In this document: piece by piece, positions 42,676 to 56,556 of the stretch | Position numbering within the stretch: the first letter of the stretch is position 1 | Layout: every line of letters begins with the position of its first letter | From: Eledone cirrhosa | Taxonomy: Eukaryota | DNA length: 64,000 bases | Assembly: GCA_964016885.1 (NCBI GenBank) | Contig: OZ024747.1 | Location: 10,850,001 to 10,914,000 of the forward strand | Direction of reading: 5' to 3' | The notes under the pieces: model-generated | What the model saw: only the letters and a program-made list of their open reading frames with translations | Told to the model about the DNA's origin: nothing | Database searches by the model: none | Program-made: the position numbers and the translations under genes

Positions 42676-43495
42676 TCTTCTTCTTCTTCTTCTTCTTCTT
42701 CTTCTTCTTCTTCTTCTTCTTCTTCTTCTTCTTTTTTTTTCTTCTTCTTCTTTCTTCTTCTTCTTCTTCTTCTTCTTCTCTTTCTTCTTCTTCTTCTTCT
42801 TCTTCTTCTTCTTCTTCTTTTTTTTTCTCTACTTCTTCTTCTTCTTCTTCTTTTTCTTCTTCTTCTTCTTTTTCTTTCTTCTTTTTCTTCTTCTTTTTCT
42901 TCTTCTTTTTCTTTCTTCTTCTTCTTCTTCTTCTTCTTCTTCTTCTTCTTCTTCTTCTTCTTCTTCTTCTTCTTCTTCTTCTTCTTCTTCTTTTTCTTCT
43001 TCTTCTTCTTCTTTTTCTCTTCTTCTTTTTCTTTCTTTCTTCTTCTTCTTCTTCTTCTTCTTCTTCTTCTTCTTCTTTCTTCTTCTTCTTCTTCTTCTTC
43101 TTCTTCTTCTTTTCTTCTTCTTCTTCTTCTTCTTCTTCTTCTTCTTCTTCTTTTTCTTCTTCTCTTCTTCTTCTTCTTCTTCTTCTTCTTCTTCTTCTTC
43201 TTCTTCTTCTTCTTCTTCTTCTTCTTCTCTTCTTCTTCTTCTTCTTCTTCTTCTTCTTCTTCCCGGCTGGAGCCCCAAAAGCCCCCAAGAAGACCAGCCC
43301 ATGCCCCACGGATGTTATCCAACTATCTTGTTCGGGGTCTACCCCTGGGTCTCTTGCCAAGTGGTTTTGCCCGTAAAATCTGTCCAGCGATTCTTTCCTG
43401 AGACATTCTAACCACCTGTCGTAATATTGGAGCTGTGATCTCTCAATTAGGAGAAGTAGCGGCACTACCTGGTGTAACTCTCTCATCTCCAGGTA
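42676..43495 (-). mobile_element. RTE LINE 3' end (43263-43495) with ~590-bp (GAA)n tail
   Basis: QVVPLLLLIERSQLQYY is homologous to 10730-10828 and abuts (TTC)n at 42676-43262. Confidence 0.65.
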
Positions 43496-43554
43496 GAGCT
43501 GCTACTTCGTTATGGTGCCGGATTAAAAATGCTTCGACCCATCTCCGACTTATC

Positions 43555-44160
43555 TCCGACCTACCCTCCACCTACCCTCCACTTATCCTCCACTATCCCC
43601 TCAACTTATTCCCAACCTATCCTGAACTTCCTCCCAACCTACCCTCTACCTATCCTCCACCTCACCTCCACCTACCCTCACCTCACCTCCACCTACCCTC
43701 CACCTATCACCTCCACCTACCCTCCACCTATCCTCCACTTATCCTCCACCTATCCTCCACCTACCCTCCACCTATCCTCAGCTCACCTCCACCTATCCTC
43801 ACCTCACCTCCACCTAGCCTCCACCTATCACCTCCACCTACCTCCAGCTATCACCTCCACCTACCTCTCCACCTATCCTCCACTTATCCTCCACCTATCC
43901 TCCACCTACCCTCCACCTATCCTCAGCTCACCTCCACCTATCCTCACCTCACCTCCACCTAGCCTCCACCTATCACCTCCACCTACCCTCCACCTATCAC
44001 CTCCACCTACCCTCCACCTATCCTCCACTTATCCTCCACCTATCCTCCACCTACCCTCCACCTATCCTCAGCTCACCTCCACCTATCCTCACCTCACCTC
44101 CACCTAGCCTCCACCTATCACCTCCACCTACCCTCCAGCTATCACCTCAATCTACCACCA
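43555..44160. repeat. C-rich 11-13-bp minisatellite (ctccacctatc)
   Basis: Tandem units with higher-order repetition. Confidence 0.9.
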
Positions 44161-44375
44161 CCCCTATCCCCCCTCCCTCCACCTATCACCGCCCCTCAAC
44201 ACTACAACAATCCACCAATCAATCACTATACTAGCCATATCGATCAACCTATCACCCATCATTCTATTCTCACTCTACCTAAAAAAAAAAGGTCATATTT
44301 TAACTTTATTCACGTGAAATGTCAACTTAGACGACGACCACCAGTCTCCTCCGCTCTTTTATTATATTTTGTCAT

Positions 44376-44754
44376 CCAGCATAGTTACGTCCCTTTACGG
44401 TCTGAATTCAAATCCCGCGAGGTTAACTTTGCCTTTCATCTTACGGGGTCGATAAAATAAAGTACCAGTAATGTACTGGGATAATTACTGACCTTGTGCC
44501 AAAAGTAGAAACAACCTAATTTTATAATACACCTGCTGAGGTCAACTTTGCCTTTCATCCTTACGGGGTCGATAAAATAAAGTACCAGTAATGTACTGGG
44601 ATAATTACTGACCTTGTGCCAAAAGTAGAAACAACTAATTTTATAATACACCTGCTGAGGTCAACTTTGCCTTTCATCCTTACGGGGTCGATAAAATAAA
44701 GTACCAGTAATGTACTGGGTAATTGCTGGCCTTGTGCCAAAAGTAGAAACAATT
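44376..44754 (+). mobile_element. SINE with triplicated 3' module (119-bp unit)
   Basis: Units start at 44419, 44538 and 44657. A 15-bp TSD attatattttgtcat surrounds the whole structure. Confidence 0.85.
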
Positions 44755-44994
44755 ATATTTTGTCATTAAACTAATGCATCACATGCCCCAGCTTCTAACA
44801 ACTCTGATAACGCCATCCTTGTTTCAACACAAAGAAAGAGAGAATGTCAAACAAACTACGTAACACATGTTTCTTTGATAGTCAACCGCCAGTGATAATT
44901 CTTGAAAAGGACAATAGGTTAACTAATCTAGACTGTAGCTGACACTTCATTACATCTTGTATATAACTACAGCAGTCATTCTCTCGTTATAAGT

Positions 44995-45031
44995 ACTACC
45001 ACTGCTACTGGTACAGGTACTGGTACTTCTT

Positions 45032-45099
<68 letters not shown>

Positions 45100-45139
45100 G
45101 CTACTGGTACTGGTACTGGTACTTCTTCTACTACTACTA

Positions 45140-45171
<32 letters not shown>

Positions 45172-45202
45172 ACTGGTACTGGTACTACTGCTGCTGCTGC
45201 TG

Positions 45203-45270
<68 letters not shown>

Positions 45271-45274
45271 GGTC

Positions 45275-45342
<68 letters not shown>

Positions 45343-45387
45343 ACTGGTACTGGTACTACTGCTGCTGCTGCTGCTACTACTACTACT

Positions 45388-45433
<46 letters not shown>

Positions 45434-45435
45434 GG

Positions 45436-45505
<70 letters not shown>

Positions 45506-46546
45506 GCTACTACTACTACTACAACAACAAAAACAACAGCAACAACTACAACAACCACACGATAACAACACCAACAACAGCCACTACAACAACACACACA
45601 ATAACATCTATTATAACTACAACAACCACACAATAATAATAACAACAACCACACAACAACAACAACTACAACAACCACACAATAATAATAACAACAACCA
45701 TACAACAACAACAATAACTACAACAACCACACAATAACAACAACCACACAACAACAACTACAACAACGACACAATAATAATAACAACAACCACACAACAA
45801 CAACTACAACAACCATACAACAACAACTACAACAACCATACAACAACAACAACTACAACAACCACACAATAACAACAACAACAACTACAACAACCATACA
45901 ACAACAACAACAACTACAACAACCACACAACAACAACTACAACAACCATACAACAACAACTACAACAACCATACAACAACAACAACAACAACCATACAAC
46001 AACGACAACAACTACAACAACCACACAACAATAACTACAACCATACAACAACAACAATAACTACAACAACCATACAACAACAACAACAACTACAACAACC
46101 ATACAACAACAACTACAACAACCATACAACAACAACAACAACAACTACAACAACCACACAATAACAACAACAACTACAACAACCATACAACAACAACAAC
46201 AACTACAACAACCACACAACAACAACTACAACAACCATACAACAACAACTACAACAACCATACAACAACAACAACAACAACAACCATACAACAACAACAA
46301 CAACAACTACAACAACCACACAACAATAACTACAACAACCATACAACAACAACAACTACAACAACCACACAACAACAACTACAACAACAACTACAACAAC
46401 CACACAATAATAATAACAACAACCACACAACAACAACTACAACAACGACACAATAATAATAATAACAACCACACAACAACAACTACAACAACCATACAAC
46501 AACAACAACAACAACAACTACAACAACCACACAACAACAACAACAA
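44995..46546. repeat. (CTA)n grading into a degenerate (CAA)n array
   Basis: Directly visible. Confidence 0.95.
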
Positions 46547-46984
46547 TATTCATTCTCTGACAAACAGAAAAACACCCGGCCGTATAGAATTAAATGAAAA
46601 GTTCAGTTTAAAATACATTAACAAAGGATCTATTACAGTCTAAATATTATTATTAAAGCAATGCAAAGCTGTAGATTAATGATATCTTCGTGTTTCAGCG
46701 AAAGAATAACAGGAAATGGTTATTGAAGGAATAGAAATATACAAAAACAAACACGTGTATATTTAGAGAGCGGAGCATCAACGTTTTAAATAGCAGCCAT
46801 ATTGAATTGTTGAACTGTGAACTTCTGGAAGTAATGGTGACACATTGAATAGTTGAGCTGTAAACTCCTGGAAGTGTGAGGTTCAACCTCCAAAATGGCT
46901 GACACAATGAATAATTGAGCTGTGAACTCGTGGCAGTGTATGGTTCAACCTCCAAAATGGCTGACTCAATACAATACAAGAGCT

Positions 46985-47085
46985 ACGCATTCTATCGATA
47001 TCGAGTAACGTTACTCTAAAGACCCCTCGGAGGAACCCCATTTCGGCCGCTTGTGTTCGTGATCGTATTCTTTCGGTCATTACCT
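46985..47085 (-). mobile_element. RTE LINE fragment
   Basis: MTERIRSRTQAAEMGFLRGVFRVTLLD, homologous to 10625-10700. Confidence 0.65.
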
Positions 47086-47224
47086 AAGATTCATGACCAT
47101 AAGGCCTTCATATGATTCATCAAGAAAGGGGGTCTGTTGTTAGGCATATCTCTATAAGAGGTATATCTGCCCCCGTCTCTTTCGTCTCCCCATATCTCAC
47201 TATTACAAGTAAACGGGGGCCCAC

Positions 47225-47600
47225 GCGTGGACAGAATAGAGAAGGCGTTTCCCCGGAGGATTGTGAAGGAGATGCGTTGGAAGACGGGTAAGCATGACAA
47301 CCAAATTGAAGATAGCGTTAAGTATCTACCAACCATAAACAACATCTTGCAGTATATGTAGGTTATAAAAAGATTTAACAACAGAAACATTTAACTCTTT
47401 TATAGCTGTCCTAGTTTTTCACCTTTGCTCTCGGTTTTGCTTCCTTTTTTCTTCTCTTTCTCTACCTTTCCCCTCACCACCCGTACGGGGTTGGCTACCC
47501 GCAGGTGTGAGCCTCGCCAACTGGAATGGCTGCTCTTCCAACGCGTCTCGTTCACGGGGAAACGCCTTCTCCATTCTGTCCGCCGGGGCTGCGGGGAGGC
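47225..47600. mobile_element. Two CRE-type 3' fragments in opposite orientation (47225-47290 -, 47475-47600 +)
   Basis: FQRISFTILRGNAFSILS and RRCEPRQLEWL..RGNAFSILSAGA match 26421-26560. Confidence 0.7.
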
Positions 47601-47635
47601 CAGCGCGTGGGTCCCCGTTCGGTTCTAATAGTAAG

Positions 47636-48790
47636 AGATGGGGGAGAGTGAGAGAGACGGAGGCAGTGAGTGAAAGAGAGAGATGGGGAGAGTGAGAGAG
47701 ACGGAGGCAGTGAGTGAAAGAGAGAGATGGGGGAGAGTGAGAGAGGCGGAGACAGTGAGTGAAAGAGAGAGATGGGGAGAGTGAGAGAGGCGGAGGCAGT
47801 GAGTGAAAGAGAGAGATAGGGGAGAGTGGGAGAGGCGGAGGCAGTGAGTGAAAGAGAGAGATAGGGGAGAGTGGGAGAGGCGGAGGCAGTGAGTGAAAGA
47901 GAGAGATGGGGGAGAGTGAGAGAGACGGAGGCAGTGAGTGAAAGAGAGAGATGGGGAGAGTGAGAGAGACGGAGGCAGTAGGTGAAAGAGAGAGATGGGG
48001 GAGAGTGAGAGAGACGGAGGCAGTGAGTGAAAGAGAGAGATGGGGGAGAGTGAGAGAGACGGAGGCAGTGAGTGAAAGAGAGAGATGGGGAGAGTGAGAG
48101 AGACGGAGGCAGTGAGTGAAAGAGAGAGATGGGGAGAGTGAGAGAGACGGAGGCAGTGAGTGAAAGAGAGAGATAGGGGAGAGTGAGAGAGACGGAAGCA
48201 GTGAGTGAAAGAGAGAGATGGGGAGAGTGAGAGAGACGGAGGCAGTAGGTGAAAGAGAGAGATGGGGGAGAGTGAGAGAGACGGAGGCAGTGAGTGAAAG
48301 AGAGAGATGGGGAGAGTGAGAGAGACGGAGGCAGTGAGTGAAAGAGAGAGATGGGGGAGAGTGAGAGAGACAGAGGCAGTAGGTGAAAGAGAGAGATGGG
48401 GGAGAGTGAGAGAGACGGACGCAGTGAGTGAAAGAGAGAGATGGGGAGAGTGAGAGAGACGGAGGCAGTGAGTGAAAGAGAGAGAAGGGGGAGAGTGAGA
48501 GAGACGGAGGCAGTGACAGTGTGAGAGAGAGATGGGGGAGAGTGACGGAGGCAGTGAGTGAAAGAGAGAGATGGGGAGAGTGAGAGAGACGGAGGCAGTG
48601 ACAGTGTGAGAGAGAGATGGGGGAGAGTGACGGAGGCAGTGAGTGAAAGAGAGAGATGGGGAGAGTGAGAGAGACGGAGGCAGTGAGTGAAAGAGAGAGA
48701 TGGGGAGAGTGAGAGAGACGGAGGCAGTGAGTGAAAGAGAGAGATGGGGAGAGTGAGAGAGACGGAGGCAGTGACAGTGTGAGAGAGAGA
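47636..48790. repeat. 44-45-bp purine-rich minisatellite
   Basis: Tandem gagagagatggggagagtgagagagacggaggcagtgagtgaaa. Confidence 0.92.
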
Positions 48791-49074
48791 GAGAGAGAAC
48801 CTCAACACACACACTCACTTAATTAGACGATCGATGTTATATACAGTGTCTGTCATTGAATTCTGCACCTGATATTTCTTATGAACTTAGAGAAAGTAGG
48901 AACTAAACTACTGTTTCTTAATTGTAAGGCCTTTGAAGTACCTCTCCTTGTCTGTAACGGCTTACTAGCTCTATACGGTCGTATAAAATTAGTTAAATAA
49001 ATAAAAACAAGAGCCGAGGGAATGGGAAATCTTCGACAAATCACACAGTCAGTCTTAGAAAAAGACGCGTTATG

Positions 49075-49367
49075 GTCCTAGTACATAGGAAATGTTGTCC
49101 TAGTACATAGGAAATATTGCCCTAGTACATAGGAAATCTTGTCCTAGTACATAGGAAATCTTGTCCTAGTACATAGGAAATGTCCTAGTACATAGGAAAT
49201 GTCCTAGTACATAGGAAATCTTGTCCTAGTACATAGGAAATCTTGTCCTAGTACATAGGAAATGTCCTAGTACATAGGAAATGTTGTCCTAGTACATAGG
49301 AAATATTGCCCTAGTACATAGGAAATCTTGTCCTAGTGCATAGGAAATCTTGTCCTAGTACATAGGA
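49075..49367. repeat. 19-22-bp minisatellite (gtcctagtacataggaaatctt)
   Basis: About 14 units, each with a tccta-N5-tagga dyad. Confidence 0.92.
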
Positions 49368-49528
49368 AAAAAAGGTGGGATGGCGACGGATGGAATATCT
49401 TTGATCATAGGTTGACTCGATCAGGATTGACCTGGGGCTAAACAACACTACCGCCTTCAATCGCCACCACATCAACATAACTAGAAATATTACTACCGCC
49501 ATTACTACAAACAACAAGAACAATAAAA

Positions 49529-49584
<56 letters not shown>

Positions 49585-50467
49585 CACTACCACTACTACC
49601 GTAATCACTATACTACTACTACTACTACTACTACTACAGCTGTTTTCCTCTAATAGCCTGTTCTATCAACTGTGATAATAGTGAGGTGGTGGTTGGCTGG
49701 CGGGACCCTCTCCACTGGACCATGGGGAGGTCACACCACCCCCTCTATATCGCCCCATCCCTCAATTAATAGATTCAGGCAAATTTAAAGAGGGAAGAAG
49801 GAGGGGGGGGGGAGAAGAAGAAGAAGAAGAAGAAGAAGAAGAAGAAGGAAGTTGGGGAGGAAGAGCAAGGGTGGAAGTGGATGGGTGGTGGTGGTGGTAG
49901 TGGGAGTTAGGGATGGAAGAAAATAAGAAGAGGAGGAGGGATGAAGTGGGAGCGGGACGAGACGAGTGGCGCCATCGTGTAAAGAGGTGTGACTCGACGG
50001 AGAAAGGAACGATGGTTGTAGGTGGAGAGAGTTAGGAGAGAGTGAGTGAGAGAGGGAGAGAGAGGGGGAGAAAGGGAGAGAGGGGGGATGGAGTGCGAGG
50101 AAGAGGGAGAGAGTGAGGGAGAGAGAGAGAGGGGGAGAGGGGGAGAGAGCGAGAGAGAGGGAGAGAGAGGGGGAGAGAGGGAGAGAGGGGGAGGGAGTGG
50201 AGGAAGAGGGAGAGGGTGAGGGAGAGAGAGGGAGAGAGAGAAACATATAAATACATACATCTCCATATATATATATATATATATTTACAGAGCGTGAGAG
50301 GAGGGGCAGCGGAGGCGACGCGTGCTGCGGCTCCGGAAGGGAGGAAAGTGTGTGTGTGTGTGTGTGGGGGGGATATGTCAGTTGTGGCTTCTTGGGAACT
50401 CCCATTTACACTGAGGTCGTTCATCTCCCCCTTCAGTGTCCAACCTAACCCACACCCCACACAGACA

Positions 50468-51200
50468 TACCCCCTATTTTAGGGAGTCATGTGACCTCCC
50501 GCCTCTCTCCGGGTAAAACCTGACCTCATACCCCCTATTTTAGGGAGTCATGTGACCTCCCGCCTCTCCCCGGGTAAAACCTGACCTCATACCCCTTATT
50601 TTAGGGAGTCATGTGACCTCCCGCCTCTCTCCGGGTAAAACCTGACCTCATTCCCCCTATTTTAGGGAATCATGTGACCTCACGCCTCTCTCCAGGTAAA
50701 ACCTGACCTCATACCCGCCATTTTAGGGAGTCATGTAACTTCCCGCCTCTCCCCGGGTAAAACCTGACCTCATACCCCCTATTTTAGGGAGTCATGTGAC
50801 CTCACGCCTCTCTCCGAGTAAAACCTGACCTCATACCCCCTATTTTAGGGAGTCATGTGACCTCCCGCCTCTCCCCGGGTAAAACCTGACCTCATACCCC
50901 CTATTTTAGGGAGTCATGTGACCTCCCGCCTCTCCCCGGGTAAAACCTGACCTAATGCCCCCTATTTTAGGGAGTCATGTAACTTCCCGCCTATCTCCGA
51001 GTAAAACCTGACCTCATTCACCCTATTTTAGGGAGTCATGTGACCTCCCGCCTCTCTCCGGGTAAAACCTGACCTCATAGCCCCTATTTTAGAGAGTCAT
51101 GTAACTTCCCGCCTATCTCCGAGTAAAACTTGACCTCATACCCCCTATTTTAGGGAGTCATGTGACCTCCCGCCTCTCCCCGGGTAAAACCTGACCTCAT
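50468..51200. repeat. 61-bp minisatellite, 12 units
   Basis: ataccccctattttagggagtcatgtgacctcccgcctctccccgggtaaaacctgacctc. Confidence 0.95.
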
Positions 51201-51585
51201 TCACCTACAAACCACTTCAACAACACGCAGAGACATCGCACGAGAAATGTCTCCACATCCATATTACAGACGGCAGCACCTACCACACACATGTGCATAT
51301 AGATACACACATACACATACACTTACACACAGATACACACATACACGAGCACACGTGCAGAGACATACTTTTACATGTGTGTATGTGTATGTTTGCCTGT
51401 GTCTGCGTCTGCCTGTGTGTATGCGTGTGTGTGTGTGTGTGTGTTTGTGTCTCTGTGTGTGTGTGAGTGTGTGTATGTGTGTATGTGTCTGTGTGAGGGT
51501 ATTGTGTAATATAAACATATATCATATTGAATATCAATTAACAAATGCAGAGATAGAAAAACGGTGATGATGATGATGATGATGA

Positions 51586-51630
<45 letters not shown>

Positions 51631-51684
51631 TATATATATGTATGTGTATATATCTATATCTATATCTATATATATATCTATCTA

Positions 51685-51736
<52 letters not shown>

Positions 51737-51737
<1 letters not shown>

Positions 51738-51945
51738 TCATCATCATCATCATCATCATCGTTTTACGTTCGTTCTTCCACGCTAGCATGGGCTAGACGG
51801 GTTGTCCTTTTGTGGGCAGTGTACGGTCAGCTGACCCTGCTCATATGGGAACTGATTCTGGCTTGATTTCTACAGCTGGATGCCCTTCCTAACACCAACC
51901 TCATTTACAGTGAGTGCTGGGTGCTTTTTTCCCGTGGCACCTACA
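51737..51945 (-). mobile_element. SINE 3' part with (GAT)n tail (Nin/Deu-like domain); plus-strand copy at 56165-56330
   Basis: ggttggtgttaggaagggcatccagctgta...catgcta..gtggaagaacg.acgtaaaacg-(atg)n in both copies. Confidence 0.65.
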
Positions 51946-52063
51946 CGACCACTTTGCAGCGGTAGGGGGTGGGGGCATATACGAGTCTTCTGTATTACTG
52001 CGTGACGTAAGAAGTCGCGGTCGTGTGTCATCGCCCTTGAGAGGTGCAATTGGGTAAGGTCGG

Positions 52064-52134
<71 letters not shown>

Positions 52135-52186
52135 TAGAAGATAAGTAGAAGTTGTATTTAATTTGTTGGAAGTCCGACAAACATAA

Positions 52187-52645
52187 ATGTTTATAACTAA
52201 TTTAGAGCACTCAACAGTATACTGGAGTAAATATTCAATGATATTACTATATATAAATAACAATTGCTTAGCTAAAAATATAGTATATAATTGTAATGTA
52301 AAAACTAATTTAAATTCATTTAATTATGTAGGATCTACTTCCACAGATTTTAAATCTCGTTTCAATAACCATAAAAACTCTTTTACACATCTAAAGAAAA
52401 AATCTTCAACTTCTCTATCTAGCTTATTATGGGACCTCAAATTAAAGAACGTTAAATATTGGTTGCTTTGGAATATTATTTCAGAAGCTACTCCTTTTAA
52501 CTCCTCTTCAGAAAATTGTGATCTTTGTATAGAGGAAATATTCTTTATATTAAAGACCAAAAATTCCCTGAACCTAAGGAACAATTTATTCAGTCGCTGC
52601 AGACATAGATTGAACTCAACGTTTAAATATATATTTAAAATGTAA
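52187..52645 (+). CDS. GIY-YIG endonuclease domain of a Penelope-like retroelement (5'-truncated; homology starts ~52250)
   Basis: NCLAKNIVY..YVGST..FKSRFNNHK.SF..STSLS..LW.LK..W.II..CDLCIEE..LN.RN....CRH. GIY/YIG equivalents, catalytic R, E and N, plus CxxC and CRH. Inserted next to (TA)n. Confidence 0.85.
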   Translation: MFITNLEHSTVYWSKYSMILLYINNNCLAKNIVYNCNVKTNLNSFNYVGSTSTDFKSRFNNHKNSFTHLKKKSSTSLSSLLWDLKLKNVKYWLLWNIISEATPFNSSSENCDLCIEEIFFILKTKNSLNLRNNLFSRCRHRLNSTFKYIFKM

Positions 52646-54473
52646 TATATAATTAATTAATTCTATTAATATATTGAACCTATCGATAAATCATTAGATT
52701 CCTTCATCTGACTGCTTAAACTCTCAAGTTAAAAAATTTTTTTTTCCTAAATATAAATAAAAATAAAAAATTCTTCTAGAGAAACATACTGAAAGCTCTT
52801 AAAAGGGGAACATATTTTATTTGAAAGTTTCTCCTATTTTTGAAAGTTTCTCTTTTGAAAGTTTCTCTTTCTTTTTCTTATGGCTATAAAATTAAGTTAA
52901 ACATACTGAGAACTAAATATTATATAGAAAATTTAAATTTTTATACTGAATCTATTAAACATATTCTTATTTTAAAATTATAACTTGAAATATTCTATAA
53001 TATTTTTTAAAATTATATTGATTTAAAGTTATATTACTTATAATTATATTTCCAAATCGTAATATAATTCATTTTTATTTTATTTTATTTTATTTTATTT
53101 TATTTTATTTTATATTATATATATTATGTACTTCAATTATACTATGTACTGTATTTATATATCTCTCTCTATACATGTATGTGTGTATATATATATATAT
53201 GTATGTATATATATATATGTGTGTGTATGTATGTATATATATGTGTGATGCATATCTACCTGTATGTGTAAGTACGTCTATGTGTATCTATGTGGGGATT
53301 GTGTGTATATATATATGCATACAATTCGAATGCACTCGTTTATAAGGATTTTCTTAAGGTTCGTGATAAACAAACTTATATAATAACAGTCACAACTACA
53401 TAACAGGTGGATTTATTAGATATAAAACTTATAAAAAAAATTTGTATAATAACATAAGGTGTGTATAACCTAAAATTTCCTTTACTATCTTAACATTTGT
53501 AACATTTAATATAAGTAAATAACTTACTTTCCTTCACGCTGTTTTGATATTACATAGAAATGATTTTCTCTGTTTTTTCTAAGATTTTCTTCGAAAAATC
53601 TATAAGTTTATGAAAATTCCTATATCTTAAATTTAAAAAATCCGTTATTGTTTGTATGTATGTGTATCTATATGTAGGTGTATGTATATATATTTATATG
53701 TATATATATCTGTGTGCGTATGTATATATATGAATATATTCTTTTAATAATATATAGATTTTTAATAATATATAGTCTTAATAATATATAGATCTCGATT
53801 TTTAATGTATAGATCTCAATAATTTAAGTGATAAACTAAAGATTTAATCATATTTAAACAATGGTTAAAATTCTCCTATTATGTATGTATTTTCCATTCA
53901 CGCTTATTTACACTTCTCTACTCATCCATTAAATATTTATTCTTTCATTTCATCTCAAAAGTTAAGCTAATACAACAACCTATCACTTAGAGCTTTCGCT
54001 TTCGCTTTCTCTTTTCTTTTTTCTTCTCTTTCTCCTTTTCTTATTTTTCTTATTTTCCTCTTAGAGTTTGCTCTTTTTTCTTTTTTTCTCTCTCTCTTTT
54101 TCTCTCTCTCTTATTTAAATCTACTCTGATTTAAAAATATCCGAAACTAATTTACATAATAGTATAAATAAATTTATAACACCACTATCCGGGAGCTTCC
54201 AACAGAAATGATTGCATTCTTTAAGGGTATGTCAATATTTATTTATAAAACTGCTCTATATTATATTTTATCTAATGAAAGCACACCATAATTTAACTTG
54301 GTGTCCTTGAAATATGTATAATGAAATAAATATGGTTTTATAAATATAGTTTCCATTTGTTAATATATCGTATATATATATATATATCAAGCGTGAACCT
54401 ACCTAATATTAACACTTTGTACTGCCTCTTCGCTTCGTTTTTTTATTTTTTTATTTTCTGTTTTAACTATATG

Positions 54474-54595
<122 letters not shown>

Positions 54596-54600
54596 CGTGC

Positions 54601-54635
<35 letters not shown>

Positions 54636-54759
54636 CGTGCGTGTGTGTATGTGTGTGTGTGTGTGTAAAAGGTAAACAGAAATAACAACACAATCGGTAC
54701 AGTATATGGAAGGGATATATGAATATATGAGGTTAACGCTTGATATAGCAGGAAGAGGG

Positions 54760-54797
54760 TCTTATAACGTTTCGGACCCTAGTCTTTCATCAGAAGA
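54760..54797 (-). ncRNA. Hammerhead ribozyme, family C copy 3 (diverged)
   Basis: Minus strand: TCTT-CTGATGA-AAGAC-tagg-GTCC-GAAACGTT-ATAAGA, with a 2-nt insertion and a stem II mismatch. Confidence 0.6.
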
Positions 54798-56043
54798 AAG
54801 AATGAGAAATATGATAGATTGAGGGGACGGACGGGTTGGAATTGGAAAAAATGTCTTTAGATAAAAATAACAGGTCCATTCATGTTGACATCTCTTGCAA
54901 AACTGTTGGTGCTGGCGTTTTGTGTATATTATATATGTATTTTTCTCCCCAAACTACCAAAACACACATCTATTTGGATATGTGCTACAATTTGTGTAAA
55001 TGTTATGTGTATCACATATCGAAGTCTTCTGGCCATTTTAGAATGCAAAGAGCTAAACTAATCACGACAACTAAATTATCCGCCATTCAGAAATACTTCC
55101 ACTGCATAAGCCGTTGTTTTCTGACCGGATTTTGTATTTATTTCATCATGTTCCTTTTCCAAACTGCAAGGATTGAGATATTTATGAATTATTTAGAATA
55201 CACTAACTACCACGAAAAATGGAGGAATTTTTAATAAAATTATCAACTTTGCCATAATTAAGCTGATGTTACAAACTTTAATTAATAAAAGTTTTTTCAA
55301 AAATTTTTTATAAAAGGTTTTAATATAAATATGAATATGAATATTTTAAAATGGGAAGTTTCACAATGTTTAACAGCTTTGTATATATAATATATATGTA
55401 TATTATATAGTAGCTATGCCCTATATATATATATATACATACATATATATACATATATACACACATATATATACATATAAACATACATATATATATATAT
55501 ATATACATATATAAATACATATATTCATACATACATATTATGTATGAATGAGTATATGTATGTTTGCATACATGTATATATGTACGTATATATGTATATA
55601 TGTATATATGTATATATGTATATATGTATATATGTAAGCATGTATATTTGTATGTATGTATGTATGTATGTATGTATGTATGTATGTATGTATGTATGTA
55701 TGTATGTATGTATGTATGTATGTATGTATGTGTGTGTGTGTGCATATATGGATATATGTATATATGAGTATATACGTGTATGTGTGTGTGAATAGATTTA
55801 TATGGAACTTAAAGAAACCTGTGATGTGACTCACAAATCTAGTAACGCTGTCTCAGTGTTGGCGCCGCGTACACACACACACACTCACACACACACACAT
55901 ACACACACATAGATATAGATATACACGTGCATACGTATAAGGTGTGTGTGTATGTGTGTATACACACAGGCACATACATATATATATGCATATACACACA
56001 TACATGTATATATATACACATACATGCATGTATATATATATAC

Positions 56044-56079
<36 letters not shown>

Positions 56080-56111
56080 GAACATATATATATATATATA
56101 TATATATATAC

Positions 56112-56166
<55 letters not shown>

Positions 56167-56406
56167 TAGGAGGTTGGTGTTAGGAAGGGCCTCCAGCTGT
56201 ACAAATCAAGCCAGAATCAGTTCCCGTATGAGCAAGACAAGGTCAGCCGACCGGACACATAGGGCAACCCGTCTAACCCATGCTACCGTGGAAGAACGGA
56301 CGTAAAACGGTGATGATGATGATGATGATGATATATATATGAATATATTATGAATATATATATATATATATATTCGTTTCTTGGCAACATGACCCTCCCA
56401 AAGTAT

Positions 56407-56468
<62 letters not shown>

Positions 56469-56473
56469 ATATA

Positions 56474-56556
<83 letters not shown>

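Noticed and set aside
50479-50485. TTAGGG in each 61-bp unit as telomeric repeat
   Set aside because: There is only one hexamer per unit, not a tandem telomeric array.
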